Shown here piece after piece: positions 1 through 9,616 of a stretch of DNA of 64,000 nucleotides. The first letter of the stretch is position 1; each line of letters begins with the position of its first letter. This stretch comes from an uncultured virus (IMG/VR IMGVR_UViG_3300020411_003822) (Duplodnaviria > Heunggongvirae > Uroviricota > Caudoviricetes), in IMG/VR virus record IMGVR_UViG_3300020411_003822, one strand, 5' to 3'. A program made the translations under genes and the position numbers. The notes beneath the pieces were generated by a model. The model was given only the letters and a program-made list of their open reading frames with translations, did not search any database and was not told the origin of the DNA.

Positions 1-228
1 TTCAACAACGGTGGTAACAATGCCAACGGGGTATTCAACAACGGTGGTAACAATGCCAACGGGGTATTCAACAACGGGGGCAACAATGCCAACGGGGTAT
101 TCAACAACGGTGGTAACAATGCCAACGGGGTATTCAACAACGGGGGCAACAATGCCAACGGCTTCAACAACGCCAACGGAGGCAACAATGGTAGCAACAA
201 TGCCAACGGCTTCAACAACGGAGGCAAC
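1..228 (+). repeat. 33-bp coding tandem repeat TTCAACAACGGKGGYAACAATGCCAACGGGGTA
   Basis: Units start at 1, 34, 67, 100 and 133, followed by degenerate copies; no spacers. Confidence 0.95.
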
Positions 229-786
229 TCAAATCAGGTAAACAACCCTGCACCCACAATGATGTCCTTAGTGAACTACGGAATCCCACAACACATCATT
301 GAAGCAGTCACGAAGGGCCACCCTCGCCTATCGAACTTGTCGAAAGACGAACTCCAAAAACACATGGAACTCATTGAAGCCATTTTAGCCAGTGGCGTGG
401 ATATGGACCCTCGAATCAAAATGCTATTGATGGATTTGTATAACCAATTGAAAAAAGCCCGTGACACTCCTACAATGAGCGCATCAAACAAATCTGTAAC
501 AAATAATGTTGTGCAAAGCGGGGTTATAATCAATCAAAAACCAAGAGCTTTCAATGTATCAAACCTAAACAAAATAAAGGCACTAAACACCGGCCCTCAA
601 GCAGTTGTGAATACATCAGCCTACTCATTAGCGAATCAACTTAGTACCCCAGTGACAAAATTCGTCACTACAAAAGGTCTTGGTGGGTTTGGAGGAAGCA
701 CTTCCACCACAACATCATCAAGATCACACGGCGGAGCAAGATTCAGTCACGGCAATGATCCAAGAATGGCACACAGAACATGGTGA
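1..786 (+). CDS. 5'-truncated protein with Asn/Gly repeats (FNNGGNNANGV)n, an NP motif and a C-terminal GLGG motif
   Basis: Frame +1 is open from base 1 into the 259..786 ORF; repeat variants GGT GGT / GGG GGC are synonymous only in this frame. Confidence 0.8.
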   Translation, partial: FNNGGNNANGVFNNGGNNANGVFNNGGNNANGVFNNGGNNANGVFNNGGNNANGFNNANGGNNGSNNANGFNNGGNSNQVNNPAPTMMSLVNYGIPQHIIEAVTKGHPRLSNLSKDELQKHMELIEAILASGVDMDPRIKMLLMDLYNQLKKARDTPTMSASNKSVTNNVVQSGVIINQKPRAFNVSNLNKIKALNTGPQAVVNTSAYSLANQLSTPVTKFVTTKGLGGFGGSTSTTTSSRSHGGARFSHGNDPRMAHRTW

Positions 787-803
787 TTTAGGGGGAATGA
801 ATA

Positions 804-3800
804 ATGCCGTCAATGGGTCATAATTGGAAAAGTGGGCTTCTGGGTTCCACATCTCCTACTTTGGTGAAGAACCAGGGTAGGATTTCCATCCTGTCCCAAG
901 AGGGCCCTACTGGAACACAATACAGAGTTCTGATTGATTATGGAGATATTACAGAAGAACAACTATTCCCCACTACAACAAGAAAGGCACAAGACGGTTC
1001 CCAGCATCACACCCTAAGCCCTGAAGAAGCATTCTCCCAATTTGAAGCATTAGTGGCAATGTACGAAGGCGTGGCTACAGATGCAAGCGGCATTGATCCA
1101 CAAAAGGTGGGTTCTCACGAAGAACTTGACACAATGTTGCTATCGATGCCCGAAATGCCATTAGACATCACCATAGAGATACAAAGGAGGGGAACACACG
1201 CAAATGGAAGACCGAAAACTGTACTCGACCTCAAATATGAAACAGGATTGGTGTCCAGAATACTTGGCCCTCGAACAGATTCATTGAGATTAGCAAGAAT
1301 CCACTACGAATCCTATTCCAAAGAACAAAGAATCGCTGCTTTGCGTGACCTAAGAGACAGAGTCGCAGCGAGATACCTTACGGCAGAACTACTATCCTCA
1401 ATGCTAATGTCTGACAGGGTGAAAAGAGAAGCATACAGGGCACAGATTCTGGCCGACCCATACAGCACAGTCGATTTGACTGAATACATGGAGACAACGC
1501 CAACAGTGGCCGCAAATCCCCTAATTGCATTTAGAGTTCGATTCGTAGATCAACACGGAAACGAAATATCTGGTTTACCATACGAAGTATCAGTAAGGGG
1601 CGTGCTAAACTTCGAGGAAGCTTTGAAATTAACCAATGCTGGTGCAAACCCAGGTAATTTCTCATCTGGAAGAACTCTAACAGAACAAGGAATGTCCGAC
1701 ATGGGTCAAGCCGATACAACTAACGGTGCTGAAGTAAGTGAATGGTACGGAAGATCCCTATCTCCAAATCACGAATACCACTTATTGTACCCTTATCGGG
1801 TCAGAAGCAAAGGAGGCACTCCAAGAGGCACAGTGAAAATCTCTGTAACAACACCCAGAAACACCACATCAACCGCCGATTGGGGGAATAACCGATTATT
1901 TGTCTATGAACAAGTGTCCAATGCATCAGAAAAACGAGATGCAAACACAATTCAAGCCGCACCAAAAATGATGCTTTACTCTCACAACTACAAACTCACA
2001 GAAGGCGAAAGCCCTCAAAACATGACAATCACAGTTCCAGTGTATGTCGAGCCATTGCCAATGCATTTAGTGGAATCTCCGAAGGGCAGTGGGAACATCG
2101 TATCAGTTTGGTCAGTAACAGACGACATAGGCGCAATTCCCAATCACCAAAAAACACAGGTCACATTCACAGTCCTAAGGCCCAAAGCATCAGAAAAATG
2201 GGAACAAGCCGATGAAATACTTCCAGATACCCGTACAGGATACATGGACAAATTCCTACAATACAATGAATTCACAAGCCCAGAGGGGCGTGCCGCATAT
2301 CGAGAAGCAGAAAAGGAAGCATCCCCAGTAAGAGGAATTAGATTCGTGCTTTTCCCCGATAAAAACAACACTTGGCAAGCAGCCAAACAACCAATTTACA
2401 TGCAACCGGATGGATTCGGAGTAATGAATGCCGAAGTATGCCCAGGAAAATACCTATTGAAAATGCTAATCGAGATAAATGCCGATGGAACAACTGGGCT
2501 TAGAATCATCACTTCCTCGAAAGACCCCGAATACGAATATGGTGTCAGATACGACAAACTCGCTCCAGAGATTCAAGACGCAGTCATCAACAAATATCCC
2601 GACAGGGACATCAAAAGGTGGACGAGATTCGCCCCCGAAACGATCCAATTAGGGGTGTTGGAATCACCTGCAGCATTCTATTATCGGAAAACCACCGAAG
2701 AAGACACAACACCAGTTGGAGCAGTGGGTGTGAAACTGTTAAAATCAGGAAACATACAAGACACAGGTTCCTCAAGGTTTAGAAAATTCGAACTGAAAAC
2801 AAAAGTCCCAGCCTTGCTCGCAGGTAAAGAACCAGAATTAGGCTCAATCTACGAAGTTCTCGGTGTGCAATACCCTGCAATCGATGGAGGCTGGCCTGGA
2901 CAAACAACCGATACAGATGAACGGATATTCGACAATGTAACTCTTCTATTATCTCCTGACTCAAGCATAGATCTGTCAATGCTTTCAGCATACGAACAAA
3001 GATATGAAGCTGAACGAGAAAGTGGAGGACAAACAACAGGAGCCAGTAAAATCCCAGCCGTGGGAACAAGAATGGCATACATGGGCTATTGGATAGAGCA
3101 CGCATGGTTTGATAGTGCCGTTGGACCCGAACTGATTAACAAAGAAGGGGCATTTACTGGCGGCGTCCATCAATACAACATGGGTAAACTGGAAACACCA
3201 TTCTATGACGAAGGCGTGCTACGACTAATGTGCTTCTATCCTCAAGCCGGTGTAATGAGGCGTAGGATGGTAAAACAGGCACAACAAACCACGAATCCTA
3301 ACCTTGTCGTTGCATCAGTGGAATCATACCCGAAATACAATCCACAACAAGCCGCAATGGACAGAGTATTCCACTTCCAAGTTGAAGCAGGTCCAGAAGG
3401 CGCAATCCTCTCTGGAAGATGGTGCCCTCTCGAAATTATCGGTCAGGGCAACTTTGACGATTTGAGACCAGGATTCACAGACGAAGTATTCGAAGCAATC
3501 AAAGAATGCATTCGTAAAGGCGGAGGGCCATTATCGGCATCACAATTCGGAGAAAAGGGTTCAATGCCGAAATGGAACATGTTCTGGTCCACAACTCACG
3601 ATGGCTGGCTGTTTGGCGGTAACGATGGTGCCCTTCCTGGTGCTGGCGATGATGTCGAAATTACTACCGATGGCTACGGTGCAAGTATTGATCCTTCAGA
3701 TGGAACAGTCACAGTGTCAGATTCAGCAGGGCAGACCGCCGCTACAGCCACTTATGGGACATTTGGAACAACAGTGAGTTTCATGAACGAACACGGAAAC

Positions 3801-3884
3801 ATCGATGATCTCATTCACGCACCCCAACCCACTTACAATGATGACGAGGACAATGACTTTGGCTTCATCGGAGGTGATTTCTGA
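804..3884 (+). CDS. Large hypothetical protein (1026 aa), acidic C-terminus
   Basis: Long ORF, GGGGG RBS-like site, codon usage like neighbours; no family recognised. Confidence 0.85.
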   Translation: MPSMGHNWKSGLLGSTSPTLVKNQGRISILSQEGPTGTQYRVLIDYGDITEEQLFPTTTRKAQDGSQHHTLSPEEAFSQFEALVAMYEGVATDASGIDPQKVGSHEELDTMLLSMPEMPLDITIEIQRRGTHANGRPKTVLDLKYETGLVSRILGPRTDSLRLARIHYESYSKEQRIAALRDLRDRVAARYLTAELLSSMLMSDRVKREAYRAQILADPYSTVDLTEYMETTPTVAANPLIAFRVRFVDQHGNEISGLPYEVSVRGVLNFEEALKLTNAGANPGNFSSGRTLTEQGMSDMGQADTTNGAEVSEWYGRSLSPNHEYHLLYPYRVRSKGGTPRGTVKISVTTPRNTTSTADWGNNRLFVYEQVSNASEKRDANTIQAAPKMMLYSHNYKLTEGESPQNMTITVPVYVEPLPMHLVESPKGSGNIVSVWSVTDDIGAIPNHQKTQVTFTVLRPKASEKWEQADEILPDTRTGYMDKFLQYNEFTSPEGRAAYREAEKEASPVRGIRFVLFPDKNNTWQAAKQPIYMQPDGFGVMNAEVCPGKYLLKMLIEINADGTTGLRIITSSKDPEYEYGVRYDKLAPEIQDAVINKYPDRDIKRWTRFAPETIQLGVLESPAAFYYRKTTEEDTTPVGAVGVKLLKSGNIQDTGSSRFRKFELKTKVPALLAGKEPELGSIYEVLGVQYPAIDGGWPGQTTDTDERIFDNVTLLLSPDSSIDLSMLSAYEQRYEAERESGGQTTGASKIPAVGTRMAYMGYWIEHAWFDSAVGPELINKEGAFTGGVHQYNMGKLETPFYDEGVLRLMCFYPQAGVMRRRMVKQAQQTTNPNLVVASVESYPKYNPQQAAMDRVFHFQVEAGPEGAILSGRWCPLEIIGQGNFDDLRPGFTDEVFEAIKECIRKGGGPLSASQFGEKGSMPKWNMFWSTTHDGWLFGGNDGALPGAGDDVEITTDGYGASIDPSDGTVTVSDSAGQTAATATYGTFGTTVSFMNEHGNIDDLIHAPQPTYNDDEDNDFGFIGGDF

Positions 3885-4174
3885 TGGTCAAGAGATACAG
3901 GCAGGGTGCAAGAAACACATTCGCTAAACAAGCCGAAGGGCTGTTATTCAGTGGAAGAAAAACTCTTTCCACAAGAGCAACTTTCGTAGGTGTATTGACA
4001 TTAGGAACGATTTTCGGAGCAGGTGCAGTAGCCACCTTCGCATACCCCGAAATTATTGGGCAGCAAAGAGGGCCAAACCAAATAATCACAGGTTCATTTG
4101 CTACTGGTGCAACATATGGAATGTACAAGGCCGCACAAGATATGGCGAGCAATTGGTGGAAAATTGAAAGGTGA
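3884..4174 (+). CDS. Small membrane protein
   Basis: TGATG coupling with GGAGGTGA RBS; hydrophobic segment ATFVGVLTLGTIFGAGAVATFAY. Confidence 0.8.
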   Translation: MVKRYRQGARNTFAKQAEGLLFSGRKTLSTRATFVGVLTLGTIFGAGAVATFAYPEIIGQQRGPNQIITGSFATGATYGMYKAAQDMASNWWKIER

Positions 4175-4178
4175 GATT

Positions 4179-4931
4179 ATGAAAAACCCATACATGTTAG
4201 GCGGAGTAACTTTACCTTCTGAATACGCAACAGCATTGCGTGATTGGAGAAGAGAAAGAGACTTCCGAAAGGATAGAATTGACAATGCCAGGGAAGACGG
4301 CATGACAGAAGAAGAAATTGCAATAAACCCGAACCTTCCTCTACCAAGAGGATGGTGGGAATACGCAGTAGATCCACGCATGGATGGTGCACCGACCTCA
4401 GAAAACTCTGACGCACCTGGAAAATTAGACCGTGCCAGCGACTTGAACACCGATGCTTTGGTTCTCACACCCTGGTGGGCGGAACAAGAAGCAGGTATGG
4501 ACACAAGAGCAATCATTGAATATCAACAGATGCTAAAATCCGAAATCGATAACTTCGGAAGTTGGGTCGGGTATTATGCAGATGAAGCTTGGACACCTGA
4601 TATTTACATCAGAACAAGTATGGCCGACTATGTCCCGAACATGTTCAACATCTTCATGGATGAAGACGGAGACAGATTAGATCCTTCGAAGACAGAAGGA
4701 TTCTGGGCACGAACAGGACAAACACTTGGGCAAGGTGTTGCAGGTTACACCATAGCAGGTGGAATGATATTCGTAGGACTTCTGTTCGCACCCAAAGCAG
4801 TTGAAAGAACAACTGAAATGGTTGAGAAAGTAGTCACTGGAACCTTTGAGACCTTATTTGGAATACAAGAAAAATGGACAGAGTCGAGAATGAGGAGAAA
4901 GGTAGCCAAACAAGCCATCACAGGCGACTGA
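4179..4931 (+). CDS. Hypothetical membrane-anchored protein (begins MKNP)
   Basis: ATG 4179 follows AGGTGA RBS (ORF-track start 4098 overlaps the previous gene); C-terminal hydrophobic segment. Confidence 0.8.
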   Translation: MKNPYMLGGVTLPSEYATALRDWRRERDFRKDRIDNAREDGMTEEEIAINPNLPLPRGWWEYAVDPRMDGAPTSENSDAPGKLDRASDLNTDALVLTPWWAEQEAGMDTRAIIEYQQMLKSEIDNFGSWVGYYADEAWTPDIYIRTSMADYVPNMFNIFMDEDGDRLDPSKTEGFWARTGQTLGQGVAGYTIAGGMIFVGLLFAPKAVERTTEMVEKVVTGTFETLFGIQEKWTESRMRRKVAKQAITGD

Positions 4932-4932
4932 G

Positions 4933-5802
4933 GTGATTAACTTGTCCGTTCCTCCAGCATTCTTGGCTATTCAACGAGGTTATCAGTCGTTGATACCTGT
5001 CTACGAAGCAGTAGATACGGGGATAGATACTGCACAAGAAGCACTCCAAGCGGTAGAAGACAATGTAATTGACCCTGTTGTATCCACAATACTCGGCGTC
5101 CCGAAAAAGATTGCAGATACAATCGGTACTTTCGAAATCTCGGTTGCAGGCTACGGCGTGGATGCATACGATGTGATTGGCGGTGATGCGGAAGAGTGGG
5201 AAGAAACATTTGCGGGGTGGCTCCAATTTGACCGCAGAGAAAACGAAGTCGCTATCAGACAAGGAAACAATATCTCGGAACAAGTAACTGTCTTTGGAAG
5301 CAGCGACCCAGCCATGAAAAAAAGAACCATGTGGAACATGTTGTGGGAAGACGGTGACTTATTTTCAGGAGAAACACAACTCGAAGATGATGATCCCGAA
5401 TCAATACTTGCTCCCTTTTCACTTTATTTCCCAACTTCTATGTGGCCATACAGTACCAATGATGGAAGTAGGTACACAGTACATGATTTAGGCAACGAGC
5501 CAATTGAAAGTGATTTCTTAGGAACAAAACCACTTGTTGAAATTGCTATGGGCCGAAAACTGGACAAGGTGGGCGCACTACCCGCATTCTCGAAATGGGG
5601 CGACATTGCATTAGGAACTCCACCTGCTCTTGTGTGGACAGGCATCTTGCTACTGGCAGGTTTTACAGTACAGGCGTGGGGGCCTCCTATTGGAAAGGCA
5701 GTGGGTGGAACGGCAACCGCCTTTGCAACAGGCATGGCAGAGATCGGATATGCAACAGCAAAGGGCATCAGAAAGGCAATTCCTATAGGAAAAGCAGAAT
5801 GA
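4933..5802 (+). CDS. Hypothetical protein with C-terminal membrane segment
   Basis: ORF in operon; ALVWTGILLLAGFTVQAW hydrophobic helix; start codon uncertain. Confidence 0.8.
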   Translation: MINLSVPPAFLAIQRGYQSLIPVYEAVDTGIDTAQEALQAVEDNVIDPVVSTILGVPKKIADTIGTFEISVAGYGVDAYDVIGGDAEEWEETFAGWLQFDRRENEVAIRQGNNISEQVTVFGSSDPAMKKRTMWNMLWEDGDLFSGETQLEDDDPESILAPFSLYFPTSMWPYSTNDGSRYTVHDLGNEPIESDFLGTKPLVEIAMGRKLDKVGALPAFSKWGDIALGTPPALVWTGILLLAGFTVQAWGPPIGKAVGGTATAFATGMAEIGYATAKGIRKAIPIGKAE

Positions 5803-5868
5803 TTTCATGCGTTCCGATGGAACGGTGAAACGGGTTTATTTCAAGACATAAGCAGGCATCGCGTAAGC

Positions 5869-7248
5869 ATGGCCGGAAGGGAACTTGCTGAAGCCAAGAA
5901 TGCAGAGGTGCGGGAAATCGCATCAAAGTACGGTGTAGAACGCTACTTGAACACAGAAAAACTCGCAATTGTTGATGCTTTAGTGAAGACCTGGGCCGAT
6001 GGTGCAGAGGACGATGATCCATTGTCCAGATCTACCAAATGGCTTGAAACAAAATCCGAAATTGAAGACATCATTGCACTCACTGCACTTGAGAATAATA
6101 GCAAAGAAACAATGTATCTTCTTGGCACAACCGCAACAGGTCAAATCTCATTTGAAGAAGTAAGAGCCGCATACGCTGATGGTTACAACACACTAATGCG
6201 CCAATACTCCAATACAATTGGCACACTAAACCAAAAGCAATTGACTGATATTGAAAGAATGCGGGACAGATTTGCAGTCACAATGCCAATGTTTGGTTCC
6301 TTAGAAGAAAAACACATACTCGCTCAACAGGCCAAAGAAGCACTGAATCAATTAGAAGCACATCTTGCTAATCTAAACTCGAAAAATATTGTAGCTTCAG
6401 CAAGAGTATTGCTTGGAGAAAAAGAGACAACCCGAACTCTAATTCTATCAACAGCAGAAGCAGGTTTCCGTGACGGTTCACTTACGCAAACAGATTACCA
6501 GCAAATACAGAATCTAATCGGCAGACAAAAATCTCTATTCCAGGGTCAAATGAAAGCCCTTAACCAATACGGGAATAATACTGATGCCCTATTCGCAGAA
6601 ATGGACCGTGCACTACAAAGAGCAAACGATGTGTTGGCTAAACAAGAATCAAGGTATGCACTAATGGGTTCATTTGTGACAACACCCGAACTACAACAAG
6701 TAAGGCAAGTTCGAGCAAGACTGGGTACAACAGGAGATGGAATCCGCGCAGTAAGGCCTTCAAACAAAATCCTTCAAGCAACGCCTCAAATCGTTGGAGA
6801 ATCTATTACAAACGGAAATGGAACCTATCCAGCATGGGTTGGGCTACCAAATCAATTACAACCTCCTTCTGAACCAACTGTGATAGCAAATCCAAAAGCC
6901 GCACACATCAAGTTCATGAATCCGGCTGATGTATATCGGAATGAACCGATGCAATCTCGATTTTCAGCATACCATGAGCAAAAAAACAAACCGTTGAAAG
7001 ATCCACAATCCGTTCCACCTCAACTACGAGGCGTATCGCCAGCAGTTGCGGCAAAGAATGGAACAGGTCTTGGCGCAACCGCAGTTGAAAAGGCAATGCC
7101 CGCATGGGCATTTACCGCCATTATGGTCGGTGGACTATTTGCAGCACCAGGGATAATCAAAGCCTTCCGCTCTACAGGAAAGAAAACCCCTGCCGACTCA
7201 AGCATTGGCCCAAGCATGGCAGACCTGAAAGAGTCATTATCATTTTGA
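5869..7248 (+). CDS. Helical/coiled-coil protein with GLG motif and C-terminal membrane anchor
   Basis: QLRGV and GTGLGA motifs precede AWAFTAIMVGGLFAAPGII. Confidence 0.85.
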   Translation: MAGRELAEAKNAEVREIASKYGVERYLNTEKLAIVDALVKTWADGAEDDDPLSRSTKWLETKSEIEDIIALTALENNSKETMYLLGTTATGQISFEEVRAAYADGYNTLMRQYSNTIGTLNQKQLTDIERMRDRFAVTMPMFGSLEEKHILAQQAKEALNQLEAHLANLNSKNIVASARVLLGEKETTRTLILSTAEAGFRDGSLTQTDYQQIQNLIGRQKSLFQGQMKALNQYGNNTDALFAEMDRALQRANDVLAKQESRYALMGSFVTTPELQQVRQVRARLGTTGDGIRAVRPSNKILQATPQIVGESITNGNGTYPAWVGLPNQLQPPSEPTVIANPKAAHIKFMNPADVYRNEPMQSRFSAYHEQKNKPLKDPQSVPPQLRGVSPAVAAKNGTGLGATAVEKAMPAWAFTAIMVGGLFAAPGIIKAFRSTGKKTPADSSIGPSMADLKESLSF

Positions 7249-7258
7249 GGGATTTTGA

Positions 7259-9616
7259 GTGACAGACCTTCCATCGAACATCAAGGTAAACCCTGCCAAC
7301 GACCACTTGGGCAGATACCCTTCGATAGACGACATGCTTAGGGTGATCAACAAAATGAAACCAAGAGAAATGTTCGAAGCTGCAGAAAGAGACAAAATAC
7401 CATTACCAGCAAGACAATCGCTAATCGTTTTCCTAAGAGATTGGAGGATAGAAGACCCAGGGCATGAAAGGTTCATGAAATTCATACCAGAAGGATTCCC
7501 TAAACAAGACGCATTGATGATGGGAGACCTCCTATCATTCTGTATGGTCGAAGGAGAAGAGAGGAAAAGAGACCAAGTGAACCTTGAAAACGAGTTCATG
7601 TCATGGAAAAGGTGGCAAGATTACCTGCAACCATTCTACAAGAAATTACCAAAAGAACTCTCCATTACTGATCTAACAGGGCTACATGTGAAACTTCTAA
7701 ACATGCTACCTCAGAACAATTATCACCAATACACAATTACACAATTATTTTCCGAGGATGAAACTTTCTTGAGTTCATTGGTCGGTGAAAAGATACAAAT
7801 TACGCCTCTTCAATTCGAAGCACTTACAATGCTAACAAGGATAGTAGAAACAGGTGCAATTTCACAATTCAAACTCGCACTTGCCTCAGGCTCGGATACT
7901 TCACTGGCAGAAATGTCTCAAAAAAAGAACATCAACATCGGTTCAATGGTGCTGGCAGCGTTCAAATTAGCCCAATCAGCAGTACAGCACTTCCAATTAG
8001 GCGACTTCAACCGAGCACTCATCAAACTTGATGAATTATACTCAAATTACGGAATAGGTGCACAGTCATTTGCAACAGGCATAGATCAAATATTTGTAGC
8101 AACACTAAACTCAGTCCAAACCAGTGGAAAGGGCAAAGTAACAACCAAAGGCAGTACCAAACCTGTACTAATGTCATTAGATACATCTTTCAAACCTATG
8201 GGGTTCCCAGAAGCAGTTGGATTCCCTGGCAGTGCAATCAATGCATCCCAAAGAGTCAGACAAGCCGCATCAGCAGAAGCCATCATCAGTACTAACAACG
8301 CGAAACTTGGTGCATACAGTAAGGAAGGGAATGCGATAGAGCCCAATTTCGGAACCAACGGTTTGAGAATATTTTCCCATGTAGAAGGGAATTCTGCTGA
8401 GATGACAAAGGCAACAACAATGACGACTGACTGGTACGCATTGTTTGCCGCATGCGTTTGCCAAGAAGGACCATCATTAAATGAAGCCGGACCCGAAGCA
8501 TGGTGGAAACAAGATGACCTTAGAGCCAAAGTATTCGAGGATGAAAATTCACGACCCATTCTAAGATTCATAATACATGGGTTTCTCGAAGACGGAATCA
8601 AAGACCTATTGCCCAAAGGGTTGCTAACCGTGGGGTTGTCTCCAATGGCGGCGTTGGATGCACAAAGCCAAGTACACGGAAAGAGCAAGGGGGCGATTCC
8701 AAAAGTGATGACCGACATGATCTTCCAAGATTTCTATCAACTACAGCGAGCGGTGATGGCGGATAAAGTCAAAATCCCAACGATAGGCCTTGATAACGAA
8801 ACACTTGAGGGTGATGCAGATGTCGAAGCAGCATTCGCAGACTTAGGAATTGGTGTGGAAGGCAGAAGAAAAGCAGCAAAGAGGCCATCAAAGAAAAGAA
8901 TCAGTCAAGGGCAAATGATTGCAATCGATTTAACGCCCTCAACGCATGTAAGACTGTCTAAAGCAGTGTTGCAAGCAGATTACATCAAAGCACTAAACAA
9001 AGAAGATCCAGATTTCAAACACCTTTGGAACAAATATGGAAGAGGAAACAAGCCCATTAGAGGAAAGGGTAAGGACAGAGGAAAATACAAATGGAGAGGA
9101 AAACTCTACAATAGCGAAGAAGCCGTAAAAAAAGCAATCAGCAAAGAAGGCTCATACGCAGATTACAAGGAAGGACAATCCAATATGCGAATGATCTATG
9201 CACCAAGAAAGGACAATGGAAACTTCGTACCGTTCAGATTACTACTGCCTCAAATCATGGTAAGACAAAGCGGAGACACCATAGTTGCAAAGAAGGGCTC
9301 GGCAGACACCAAAAAGACACAGAAGCTATTGAACCGACTTGAGGCAGACTTCGGTGAATTGAAATTCAAAGTAAGACAACTTGCAATCGGTGGCTACGAC
9401 AGATACCCAGAACAAAGGAAGAAGGGCGACACCAAAACAAAACCAGTCACAGCAATAGATCGTGGAGTGAACAAAGTGTTCCAAGCAGAAGGGTTAGACA
9501 CAAACTCAGAAAGATTCAGCACCAATGCACACCCCTCTGCAATCAAACCTTCAGGGGCAATAATCTACTCTGCCATGACAAAATCAGGACAGCCTGTTGA
9601 AATGGAGGTGCGGTAA
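7259..9616 (+). CDS. Large hypothetical protein (785 aa), Lys/Arg-rich C-terminal third
   Basis: Long ORF, GTG start after GAGGG; no family recognised. Confidence 0.85.
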   Translation: MTDLPSNIKVNPANDHLGRYPSIDDMLRVINKMKPREMFEAAERDKIPLPARQSLIVFLRDWRIEDPGHERFMKFIPEGFPKQDALMMGDLLSFCMVEGEERKRDQVNLENEFMSWKRWQDYLQPFYKKLPKELSITDLTGLHVKLLNMLPQNNYHQYTITQLFSEDETFLSSLVGEKIQITPLQFEALTMLTRIVETGAISQFKLALASGSDTSLAEMSQKKNINIGSMVLAAFKLAQSAVQHFQLGDFNRALIKLDELYSNYGIGAQSFATGIDQIFVATLNSVQTSGKGKVTTKGSTKPVLMSLDTSFKPMGFPEAVGFPGSAINASQRVRQAASAEAIISTNNAKLGAYSKEGNAIEPNFGTNGLRIFSHVEGNSAEMTKATTMTTDWYALFAACVCQEGPSLNEAGPEAWWKQDDLRAKVFEDENSRPILRFIIHGFLEDGIKDLLPKGLLTVGLSPMAALDAQSQVHGKSKGAIPKVMTDMIFQDFYQLQRAVMADKVKIPTIGLDNETLEGDADVEAAFADLGIGVEGRRKAAKRPSKKRISQGQMIAIDLTPSTHVRLSKAVLQADYIKALNKEDPDFKHLWNKYGRGNKPIRGKGKDRGKYKWRGKLYNSEEAVKKAISKEGSYADYKEGQSNMRMIYAPRKDNGNFVPFRLLLPQIMVRQSGDTIVAKKGSADTKKTQKLLNRLEADFGELKFKVRQLAIGGYDRYPEQRKKGDTKTKPVTAIDRGVNKVFQAEGLDTNSERFSTNAHPSAIKPSGAIIYSAMTKSGQPVEMEVR

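Noticed and set aside
1..228. 33-bp repeats as a CRISPR array
   Set aside because: Units are contiguous with no unique spacers, keep the reading frame and vary synonymously; no cas genes seen.
11..241. ORF-track protein with MPTGYSTT repeats
   Set aside because: Shadow frame; repeat variation is non-synonymous here, and frame +1 continues into the downstream ORF.
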